Source: Azolla caroliniana (Eukaryota; Plantae; Polypodiophyta). Taken from it: a DNA stretch of 64,000 bases. The notes under the pieces are model-generated. The model saw only the letters and a list, made by a program, of their open reading frames with translations, ran no database searches and was not told the DNA's origin. The translations under genes were made by a program, and so were the position numbers. The stretch spans positions 18,042,001 to 18,106,000 of the forward strand of contig JBHGNT010000002.1 in assembly GCA_043228905.1 (NCBI GenBank). Direction: 5' to 3'. Positions 13,239 through 23,612 of the stretch are shown in pieces (position 1 is the first letter of the stretch; every line of letters starts with the position of its first letter).

Positions 13239-16200
13239 TGTTGAGAGACAAGCTCAACATCGGCCGAATCGGCTGAAGAAGCCGAGGACCCGATCGGTTG
13301 GGACTGATCGGTTAGGCCGAGTGCGTAAACCGGGAGGTCATTAGGAAAGATATTCCGTGAGGAATATATTTGGGAGTTAGTGTAGGAGCTCTTGATGAGC
13401 ATTGAAGTACTGTCAGTACTTCGGTCAGTCCTTTTAGGACTTGTATAAAAGTGCTTACTGAGCACGTCTTATGTACAGACTGAGTATTATTATTGAATAT
13501 AGAGTTTTCTGTGTTTCTCTCTCTGTCTCTCCCGCGTATACCGTGTAAGCCTAAGCTCTCCATTGAACCTGAGTTTCCTTCCTCTGTTCTGTCTTCATAC
13601 CTACTTCCGCACGCTACTTTTTACATGGTATCAGAGCGCGAGGGTTGAGAACCTCTCTGCAGCCGACACGGCTTGACAAAGAAGAACAAGAAGAACGATG
13701 GATAGAGGCATGGCGAGCTCCCTTCCAACAGAGAAGCTCGACAGAACCAACTACGCGTCTTGGTCCTACAAGATGCACAAGTACCTGCTCGGGCACGGCT
13801 ACTGGAGTTATGTCGAAGGAGCTAATGACGCGGCACCTGAATCGACACACAGAGACTTCCCGTCGTGGGAGCAATCGGCGAGCAGGGTACTATACTACTT
13901 CGCATCGTGTGTGGGCGAACAACTATTGAGCTATGTTCGAGATGCAAAGACGCCGAAGGGTGCGTGGGAAAATCTGAAGAAGATTTTCGCCGTGAGCACC
14001 ACAGCCAGGAAGCTTCAGCTCCGATAGGAGTTGAGCAACCTATGACAACGCGACTTGTCGGTGGCGGACTATACCTCGAAGATCAAGGATATCTGCGACT
14101 CCCTCGTATCCATAGAGGTGAACATCGAAGAGAGCGAGATGGTCCAGATCTGTCTTAGAGGTTTGGCATCGAAGTTCGGAGCGTTCCGAACGGCTGTGTG
14201 TACCCGGGAGAATACGTCATCCTTTTTCGACTTACAGTCGATGCTCCTGGTAGAGGAGAACCACGCGGGTGCGTCTACAAGCACACACACCGACAACTGA
14301 ATGTTGTACACGGAGGGAGATAGGCCCCGTGGACGTGGAGGATGAGGCGAGTCGGCACGCAATGGAGGCGACCGACGAGATCAAGAAAGAAGGCACCGAA
14401 GTGATGCCGACAGTAACTCCGGACCCTCCGGAAACAGGGGGAGTCGAAGCGATGAGAACCGGCAAGGGAAGTCCATCGTGGAGTGTTGATACTGTGGCAA
14501 GAAAGGACACAGGGAAAGTGAGTGCTGGAAGAAGTGCGCCGATTCGGAGAGAATTGGTTCCAGGATTAGCTCCAGACATACCGACAAGGGAAATCGGCAG
14601 CAATCGCACTATGTTGAAGACTCCGGGAGAGCCGGAGAAGGGTCTGTCTTCGTGACGAGATACGAAGCAAACTCAATGAAACAGAGCACCCCGAGACCGA
14701 ACGAGGTGTGGTACGTAGACTCTGGCGCGTCAAACCACATGACGAGCCATAAGGAGTGGTTCTCGTACCTTGAAAAACCGATACAACCTGGAGTAGTCAC
14801 AACAGGAGACGACACTCCGCATCCGATCGCGAATGTCGGAGAAGTTCCCCTTAGCCATGTCGGGCAGAAAGGGAAACTCAAGAACGTGCTACACGTTCCG
14901 ACAATCACGAAAACTTGGTCTCGGTCGGACAGATCGTCGACCAAGGGATGGAGGTTCGGTTTACACACCTTGGGTGCTTCATTGAGGAAGAAGGCCGTGT
15001 GATCGCGCAAGGGCGCAGAGACGGGAGGATGTTCATCCTCGACTCCACTGACGGCGGCACCGCAATGTTCGCGAAGGGACAAAAAGCCAAGTCGGACATC
15101 GACTTGTGGCACAAGTGGATAGGCCACGTCAACTACCAGCGGCTTCAAGATCTGCAATCGAAACAGGTAGTGTTCGGATTGCCCAAGATTAGTGGCCGAA
15201 AGGCACAAATTTGTGAAGCCTGTCAGCTCGAGAAGCAACACCGACTTCCCTTCCCCAACGAGCGAAACCAGAGCCGGAACAAGCTCGACCTTATACACTC
15301 GGATGTGTGGGGACCGGCACAAAACGTTAGTCTTGGCGGGAGCCGATACTTCATCTCCTTCATCGACGACCACACGCGGCACACGTGGATCTACCTCATT
15401 GAGAGGAAGAGCGAAGTCTTCGACTGTTTCCGGGACCTCAAAGGGTTTGTGGAAATGGAAACGGGACGAAAGATCAAGTGCCTGCGGTTGGATGGCGGGA
15501 AAGAGTACTTTTCCGGTCAATTCAACGGTTATCTACAACAAATGGGAATTCGCCGCGAATTCAGTTGTAGATACACGCCAGAGCAGAACGGCGTGGCCGA
15601 GAGGAAGAACTGGTCGATTGTGGAAGCGGCACGGGCAATGCTGGAGGAGAAGAGCTTGCCCAAGTTCTATTGGGCCGAGGCGGTGAGGACCGCGGTATAC
15701 ATCCAGAACCGGATCGGAGACAAAGTGTCGGCGCACGAGCTATATTTCGGAACGAAGCCGAACTTGCGACACTTGAGGGTGTTCGGTAGCATTGCATATG
15801 TGCATGTACCGAAGGAGAAAAGGAGGAAGTTGGACGCAAAGGCCGAGAAATGCATCTTGGTCGGTTACTCGGACGAGCAGAAGGGTTATAAGTGCTATAA
15901 CCCTCGCACCAAACAAGCGCGTGTTAGCCGTGACGTTGTGGTTGACGAGTCTGCGTCCTGGTACAAGCCCTCGACTCCAAACCCCGAGTCCAATCCGTGT
16001 TTTGACGATGAGGTCAGCGAGGCCGAGATGCCTCCGGATGAGCCCGAAATCGAGACCCGCGAAGAGAGTCTGATTTCACTCCGGTTAAGTGGACCGATTG
16101 GACGACTGAGTTGGTATGATCAATCCGATGAAGAGGCGGCGAGTAGTGGAGACTCGGCCGTGCATTCCCCGCGCAGGAAGTCGAGGAGATGGCTTACGCG

Positions 16201-18914
16201 CAAAGAGAAAGGGAAGAAGAAGGTGTCGGATTCCGGCACGGAAAGGAACGAGTCAGACCGACGCGAGTCCGACTCCGAGGGAATCGGTGACAGGTCTTTA
16301 AAGATGAAGACCGCGTCGACCGAGAAGGCCTCGACATCGGCTAATGTGAGATTATGCCGATCTACCCGCCAAAAGAACCCAGTTGTGCGGTTCGGATACA
16401 ACGAGTACATGGCGCATCATTATGCGTACATGACCCGTGTAGCGGAAGTGTGTGAGCCAGAGAGCTACGTAGAAGCAGCTAAAGACGCGAATTGGCGTGC
16501 CGCGATGGAGGAAGAGATGCACAAATTGGCAAGGAACGAGACCTGGGACCTGGTTGACGCACCGAAGGGTGTGAAGCCGATCGGGTGTAGGTGGGTGTAC
16601 AAGGTCAAGTACAACACCGATGGCTCGGTCAACCGGTACAAGGCTCGACTAGTGGCAAAGGGCTACGCGCAGAAACACGGCATCGACTACGATGAGACGT
16701 TTGCGTCGGTCGTGAAAATGACGACCATCCATGTTTTGCTGGCAGTAGTTGCGGCGAAGGGGTGGCACTTACATCAAATGGATGTAAAGAATGCGTTCTT
16801 GCAAGGTGACCTTGAGGAACAGGTGTACATGGTACAACCCCCTGGATTTCACTCCGGAACAAACTCCTCGGCAGTATGCCGACTGAAGAAGTCTCTTTAC
16901 GGACTGAAGCAAGCCCTGCGTGCCTGGAACGCGAAGATCACACAACAACTGCGTCGGATGGGCTTCGTCACGTCAAAATCAGACTCTTACCTGTTCATCC
17001 GGAAAGGTCAACTCGGACCGGTTAGTATTCTACTATATGTTGATGACTTGGTCATCACCAACGCTGACCTAGGTGAAATCGACCGCGTGAAGCACTAGCT
17101 TGCGGCATTGTTCAACATGAAGGATCTGGGGGACCTTCATTACTTCCTCGGGATCGAAGTGATCCGTACCCCCGAAGGCATATTGATCAGCCAACGTCAT
17201 TACGTGTTGAGTATGCTATTCAAATTCGGGATGGCCGACTGTAAGTCCGTCTCGACTCCTCTGGACAGAACCGTCAAGCTTCGTCCCGATACAGGAAAGG
17301 TATGCGACCCGACGAGCTTCCGACAAATTGTCGGAAGCCTCATATACTTGACCATCACCCGACCTGACCTCAGTTATCCGGTCAGGGTGATCAGTGAGTT
17401 CATGGCGCGACCTACCAAGGAGCACATTCAGTGTGCGCAACACATACTTCGGTATGTCAATGGCACTAAGTACCGGGGATTGCTATATCGGACCGGTGCG
17501 GCCGCGTAGTTAGTTGGCTACACCGATGCTGATTGCGCTGGCAACGCTGCCGATCGCCGATCCACGTCCGGATACGCGTTCTCCCTCGGGAGTGCCGCGA
17601 TCGCGTGGAGCAGTAAGAAGCAGCTGACAGTTGCACTGTCGAGCACCGAAGCTGAGTACCGAGGAGCGGCTGTCGCGACATGCGAAGCCATATGGTTGAA
17701 GCGGCTACTTAAGGACCTGCAAGTGGAGGTGTCAGATCCGACGACGATCTACTGCGACAACCTCAGCAGCATCCAGCTCGCGAAAAACCCCGTTTTCCAC
17801 GCACGGACCAAGCACATTGAGGTGCACTACCATTTCGTCCGTGAGCGTGTCCTTTCCGGTGAAGTCGAACTTCAGTACGTTCCGACGGATCGGCAGGTTG
17901 CCGACATCTTCACCAAGCCTCTTGGTCTGGACAAGTTGCGGCAATTCTCAGGTGCGCTCGGATTGCGTCACCTCGACGTGCCAAACTTGAGGGGGAGAAA
18001 AGTCCCGAACGACCAAGCAAGGTAGTAGGAAAGGAGCGGAGACCGCGACACCACCGAGTCGGTTGCCCGGTTGTCGAGTTCGACTTCGGATCGGCTGAAG
18101 AAGCCGAGGGCGGACCCACGGAAGAGTCCGAAAGGGACAGAAGGGGAGCAGCCGAAGGAAAGAACCAAAGCCAACCACGCATAGGGGAGACGACGCCATC
18201 GAGGGCAAGAAGACCGAAGACGAGTTGGAGAAAGCCAACTCGGACGAGAGCAAAAACCGATCGGAGGTAGCCAAGTCAGTTCGGATGTTTGATTCTGAGA
18301 CGTTGAATCAACCGAGGCCCAAGCGGAAGAAAAGGCAACAAGAGAAGCGTCAACACCGCAACAGTAGAAGAGCTGATAAGGGCCGCATGAGCAGACAAGC
18401 TGACCGGAAGGGTCGAAGCGCGCAGAGTCGAACAGGTCGAGGAGCGCGAGCGAGGCGTGAAGCCAGGAGGAACCGGAGCTGTGAGCCCGAGGATCCCAAA
18501 GAGCCTCGAGTTGAGCTTGAGGGGGAGTGTTGAGAGACAAGCTCAACATCGGCCGGATCAGCTGAAGAAGCTGAGGACCGGATCGGTTGGGACCGATCGG
18601 TTAGGCCAAGTGCGTAAACCGGGAGGTCGTTAGGAAAGATATTCCGTGAGGAATATATTTGGGAGTTAGTGTAGGAGCTCTTGATGAGCATTGAAGTACT
18701 GTCAGTACTTCGGTCAGTCCTTTTAGGACTTGTATAAAAGTGCTTACTGAGCACATCTTATGTATAGACTGAGTATTATTATTGAATATAGAGTTTTCTG
18801 TGTTTCTCTCTCTGTCTCTCCCGCGTATACCGTGTAAGCCTAAGCTCTCCATTGAACCTGAGTTTCCTTCCTCTGTTCTCTCTTCATACCTGCTTCCGCA
18901 CGCTACTTTTTACA
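13239..18914 (+). mobile_element. Copia-B: complete Ty1/copia element nested in the RT of Copia-A
   Basis: 387-bp LTRs at 13239-13625 and 18528-18914 (~11 substitutions by eye); TSD ATATT; PBS TGGTATCAGAGC at 13626-13637; PPT GAGCTTGAGGGGGAG. Confidence 0.97.
13698..18025 (+). pseudogene. Copia-B gag-pol polyprotein, disrupted
   Basis: Gag; WYVDSGASNH; integrase and RT in ORF 14915-17098 (YKARLVAKG, HQMDVKNAFL, LYVDD); RNase H (IYCDN, ADIFTK). Stops at 14025, 14298, 17096 and 17507; frameshift near 14914. Confidence 0.95.
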
Positions 18915-20114
18915 ATATTCAACACATAGTGTCGTTGTGAGAGCAATATGCAGTCGGGGGTTCGGATCACCTAGATCCTAAGTAAATAATGAAGGCCCCC
19001 AGGTCCTTCATCTCAAATGCGTCTGACAGTTGAGCCTTGACATGACTGATTTCATTGAGTCCGGGTACGGTGATGACTAAATCATCTACATAAAGTAAGA
19101 TACAAACCGAACCATCCAGACCTTGCTGGATGAACAACGATGAATCGGATTTAGAGGTCCCAAACCCCATCTTACGCAACAGGTGCGTGATCTTCGCATT
19201 CCAAGCTTGGGGGGATTGTTTCAAACCATAAAGCGACTTCTTAAGACGACACACCGCCGACTTGTTCATCTCCGACTGAAAACCGAGAGGTTGGATCAAA
19301 GAAACCTGTTCTTCAAGGTCGCCTTGAAGAAACACATTCTTCACGTTGTCGGGGTTGCTACGCCCTTGCGTGCAGAAAGGAGGAGGGACCACGGGGGTCT
19401 CGGACCGAAGAGCAAGAGAGAGAGAGGAGTAAGAGAGAGAGACCCGATTACACAGAACCGAAGATTGCACAGGGACACGGCCCAACAAACAGAGATCACA
19501 GATAAACGCCGACGCAAATGGACGCAACAACGAAAGATATGTGCTTATGAATGCAAGAAAATAACAGACTAAAGTATTACAACCCACGGTGGGGCACGAA
19601 ATAGATACTAGCGAAACGAACAGGGCGGCGAACAGATGCCGACCCCTGTATGTCGCGACGCACAGAAAGGGAAAACAGGTCGGAGGAGCTGCAGGACGCA
19701 CTCGGGGCGTTCCACGGAACAGCGCAAGCCTCCTCCAAACCTGCACAGGTACGCGATGGAGCAGAAGACAGAGAAAGCGGGAGTGAGAGCGAAGCCCCGA
19801 AATCGGTTCGGCAGCACTTCGTCCTCTCCGTGCGAGATACCCCACTTCTATTCTCCCTCTTCCTTTTATAGCCCGTCAAGAGGCCGTTTGGCATTAACTG
19901 CATACCAACCGAATCTACCCACCTAGGATCCTCGTATGTACCTACTTCGTCCTTAGGTACTTCTTGGCGCTCGTGTGTGTGTAGAGCCGTTTACCACGCC
20001 TTGTTCCTCCGATTCCCCTTGTGGGCGGTTTTCTTCACGACATCCGCCCCCACCTAACCGCGCATCCACCGGCATGCGCCAAATTAAGTTGGCACGGAGA
20101 AAACCGGCCCGCCT

Positions 20115-23100
20115 TTACTCTTCGCCTGCCGGCCCTTCCTCGGCCTCGGATCGGTCGTCGCTGCTGTCCACGAGAATCGGGTCGGGTTCGTCGTCGTGCC
20201 GCTTCTTGAAAGCTTTGATCCTCTTCCCGGCCACGGGTATCGCTATTCTCGTACCGTCGAGTTCCGCCAGACGATACGTCCCGTTGTCGTTGGCGCTCTG
20301 TACCGTGTACGGCCCGAACCATCTCCGTGCGAACTTCCGCGTTGCTCGGTGCTGGTTGTCGAGGCTGCTGTCGTAGACGAGCACCCAGTCACCTTGTTCG
20401 ATCTTCTTCGGTCGGAGTCGGTGCGTTCGGTCGAACCTGGCTTTGTTTTTTATCCTCGCCACTCGGATCCTTTCTGCAGCCGTCTCCACGTCCTCCGGTC
20501 TCCGTTCGAGTTGTCGTATACGCGCTGCCAACAACTCCTCCCGGCTCATCTCGTCCCTCCAGTCGACCGTTGCCCATGAGGAGATTGTTCGTTCCATTGG
20601 CATGATCGGCTTCTGGCCGAACATGAGCTCTGTCGGCATGTACCCGGTTACCGAACTGTGCGTAGTCCGATCGGCCCACAAAGCATAAGGCAGAAGTCGC
20701 GGCCAGTTACCGACTTGGCCTCCGCATGCCCGAACCAGCGCTTTAACGATCGGCCCGTGTCCGCGCTCCACCTTTCCATTCGCCTCCGGGTTGTACGCAG
20801 TGGTGAGCGAGAGTTTGACTCCCAGCCGATCGAACAGCTCCGCGGCTTCCTCGGCGTCCAACTCCCCTCGGTCAGCCACGATCTTCCCGACGCACCCGTA
20901 CCGGCATATCACGTCCTCGATCAGGAACCGACACACGGCCGCGGTCGTCTTGTTCTGAAGGGCTCGGCCTTCCACCTGGTTCGTCAGGTCTTCCCGCGCT
21001 AGGACCAGATACCGCATCTGTCCTACCCCCATCGGCATCGTCACCAGATCTACCATCCATTTGAAGTGGATAGTCGGAGGGTACGTAGGGCGAAGCCCGT
21101 CCCGGTGTCGGACTATCGAGTGCATCTGACAACTCTCGCAAGTTGTCACGAACCGATGCACGTCCCGGTACAATCCCGGCCACCAGTACTTCCCCTTCAG
21201 CTTCTCAAATGTCGCCCACGTTCCACGGTGTCCAGCCCAAGGGCTGTCGTGGTAGGCCGCCAGTAGCTCCTCCTGTTCTTCCTTCATCGCCACCACCCGG
21301 AGCGGGACGCCGTTCCTCTTCTTCGGGTGCTTCCACAAATGCCCATCTCGGAGAAAGAATCGATATGCTTTCTTCCGGATCCGGTTGGCCTCGTCCTTCG
21401 TCCATGACGCATCGGGCGTCATTGTCTTCAAAAACCCGCCGATCTGCAGCCACTCCCCGTCGTACTTGCTCGCGTCGAACTCGTTAAGCGCCGGAGTGCT
21501 CATCCCGTCGGTCGTTACGTATGCCGCCTCGAAGAAATCCACGCCGACTTCTTCGTCTTCCGAAACCATGCCGCCCTCGTCGTCGAACCTCGCCCTCGAA
21601 AGCATGTCGGCCATGGCGTTGTCTTTCCCGGAAATGTGTCGTATTTCCGGGTCCAGGGACTTGATGTACGCTATCCACCTGAGCATCGCCAGGTCCGGAG
21701 TCGCGCATCCGGAAACCATACCGAGAATCGGCAGGCAATCCGTCTCGATGATCACTTCTGTCCCTATCAGGTAGTCTTTGTCGGCCTTAACCGCCGAAAC
21801 AATACCCCAGAGTTCGCGCTTAACCTGGGCGTATCCTCGCTGCCGTTCACTGAGGACTTTCGCGCCGAATCGGATCGGAAACCGATCGCCGTCCTCGTCT
21901 TCCTGGTTCACGACCCATCCGATCCCGGTCGGACTGGTATCCACCGTTATGAATACCGGGGTACCCTTCCCGTATACCGCCTTCCGGAGTGCCGGTGCCG
22001 CTGCAAGGGCCTCTTTCAGCTTCCGGACCGATTCCGCGTGCTCGTCTAGCCATTCGAACCTTCGCCCCTTTTTCAGCAACCCGTACAGTGGCTCCGCGAC
22101 GTGTGCGTAATGCGGGATCCATATGTGGTAGAACGCGCATGCCCCCAGGAATCTCCGTACTTCCGTGACCGAGCTGCAGTCGGGCTTCATCGCGGAGATG
22201 GCTTCTACCTTTGCCGGAGACGGTTTCCGGCCATATGGTCCGCACAGGTGTCCGACCACCATGATTTCTGACTGCCCGAAGGCCGACTTCTCCCCGGAGA
22301 AGGTGAGTCTCGCATCCTCTAGCCTTTGCAGCACCTTCTCGCAGTCGTCGATGTGCGTCGCCACGAATCGCCGGCATCCGCCCGGCCCGATCGTCTCGTC
22401 CTTTTCTTCCACCGGGCATCCCTTGATCGGGATGTCGTCCAGAAACGGCATGGTGATGTCCGGGATACAGTCCCTCAGAACCTTGTTCATCGCATTCACC
22501 ATGTGGGCCACCGAGTTGGTCCCTCCTTGCGGCAGTGTACACATCCGAACTAGGCCGATGGGAGTTCGCATCGTCGTAATGTCTCTGCTCTCCACGGCTA
22601 GCTGGAACTGGTCGTACCCTGAGTATAGATCCCCGACCGAGTAAATTGACCTTCCGGCGAAGGCCTCCGCGAACTCGTCTATGGTCGGTCCGATCCCTGC
22701 GTTCCGAATGGTCACTCGATTGACCGGCTGCAGGTCCTGGATGAAGCGCAACGAACCGTTTTTCTTCGGTACGGTAAACCATCGATTCGAATATGGGGCG
22801 CTCGACGGCTCGAGAATTCCCATATCAACTTTCTGCCTCAGCAGCTCCATCAACTTCGGGATGTGAGCTCTCGGAACCGGGATTGGCTTGAGATTCCATG
22901 GTACATGCGGTACCGTGAATATCACCATCGGCTCCACGATCGTCGGGTCAACGCACCCGATTTCCTCCGGCGAGAATGCGAAGGCTTTCCCGTGCCTTCC
23001 GAGCATTCTCCGAAACCGGTCTTCCTCCGCCGGCAGTAGGAACCCGCCCCCACCGATTTTGAGCTCTCGGAGCGTCTCGTCGGTGAAGGTGTGTCCTATG

Positions 23101-23612
23101 CAGGCCGGAACTCGTAGACTAGGGTCCGATGCAACCCCTTTGATTCTCGACGCGCTGTCCTCCGGTAAGGGTGCCGCGACTGGCCTTACCTTCCGGTCCA
23201 CAGTTTTGTACTTGGTGCTTACGTGGGCCGTCCGAACTGACTCGAGCCCTCGACCGAAGTCCGCGATGACTCCGTACATCTCCTCGGAACACACCGGTAT
23301 CGTCCGGTCTTCGTTAAGGCCTTCTTCGACTACCTTTCCCAGCATTCCCAAGGTGTCGCCGAATGAGACCGCCTCCACGGCTCCGTTGATTTCCTCGTCA
23401 GGGCCGAGAACTCCGCACGCTCGAAGTCTCCCCTCCGCCTTTGTCTTCTCTCGGCCGCCGATGCCGACTATCGTACACGCTCCGCTGTCGGAGAACAAAA
23501 ATTCCCTACCTATGGTACAAGGTTTCTTTGGTTTTATCGTACAGGTGTGGGGTTTTCCCGGGGTGTCCGGACTGTCGCGGCCCCACGCCTTGGCAGCCCT
23601 CTCTAAAAATCC
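20115..23612 (-). CDS. pol: Pol (RT-RNase H-integrase), probably expressed by -1 frameshift from gag-pro
   Basis: Open 1127-aa ORF, with the frame open further upstream to 23618; DLYSGYDQ, FLDD, TVDTSPTG, integrase HHCC/DDE, WFGPY; no chromodomain. Confidence 0.95.
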   Translation of the reverse strand, partial: GFLERAAKAWGRDSPDTPGKPHTCTIKPKKPCTIGREFLFSDSGACTIVGIGGREKTKAEGRLRACGVLGPDEEINGAVEAVSFGDTLGMLGKVVEEGLNEDRTIPVCSEEMYGVIADFGRGLESVRTAHVSTKYKTVDRKVRPVAAPLPEDSASRIKGVASDPSLRVPACIGHTFTDETLRELKIGGGGFLLPAEEDRFRRMLGRHGKAFAFSPEEIGCVDPTIVEPMVIFTVPHVPWNLKPIPVPRAHIPKLMELLRQKVDMGILEPSSAPYSNRWFTVPKKNGSLRFIQDLQPVNRVTIRNAGIGPTIDEFAEAFAGRSIYSVGDLYSGYDQFQLAVESRDITTMRTPIGLVRMCTLPQGGTNSVAHMVNAMNKVLRDCIPDITMPFLDDIPIKGCPVEEKDETIGPGGCRRFVATHIDDCEKVLQRLEDARLTFSGEKSAFGQSEIMVVGHLCGPYGRKPSPAKVEAISAMKPDCSSVTEVRRFLGACAFYHIWIPHYAHVAEPLYGLLKKGRRFEWLDEHAESVRKLKEALAAAPALRKAVYGKGTPVFITVDTSPTGIGWVVNQEDEDGDRFPIRFGAKVLSERQRGYAQVKRELWGIVSAVKADKDYLIGTEVIIETDCLPILGMVSGCATPDLAMLRWIAYIKSLDPEIRHISGKDNAMADMLSRARFDDEGGMVSEDEEVGVDFFEAAYVTTDGMSTPALNEFDASKYDGEWLQIGGFLKTMTPDASWTKDEANRIRKKAYRFFLRDGHLWKHPKKRNGVPLRVVAMKEEQEELLAAYHDSPWAGHRGTWATFEKLKGKYWWPGLYRDVHRFVTTCESCQMHSIVRHRDGLRPTYPPTIHFKWMVDLVTMPMGVGQMRYLVLAREDLTNQVEGRALQNKTTAAVCRFLIEDVICRYGCVGKIVADRGELDAEEAAELFDRLGVKLSLTTAYNPEANGKVERGHGPIVKALVRACGGQVGNWPRLLPYALWADRTTHSSVTGYMPTELMFGQKPIMPMERTISSWATVDWRDEMSREELLAARIRQLERRPEDVETAAERIRVARIKNKARFDRTHRLRPKKIEQGDWVLVYDSSLDNQHRATRKFARRWFGPYTVQSANDNGTYRLAELDGTRIAIPVAGKRIKAFKKRHDDEPDPILVDSSDDRSEAEEGPAGEE

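Noticed and set aside
18225-18533. Basic 102-aa ORF before the 3' LTR as an env-like gene
   Set aside because: No hydrophobic or transmembrane segment, and the frame is not clearly preserved in Copia-A or Copia-E; kept only as part of the dual-PPT observation.
18967-19845. 292-aa ORF ending in copia RT motifs
   Set aside because: Chance in-frame fusion of gypsy LTR sequence with the interrupted Copia-A RT at the ACGT junction; no evidence of a real chimeric gene.
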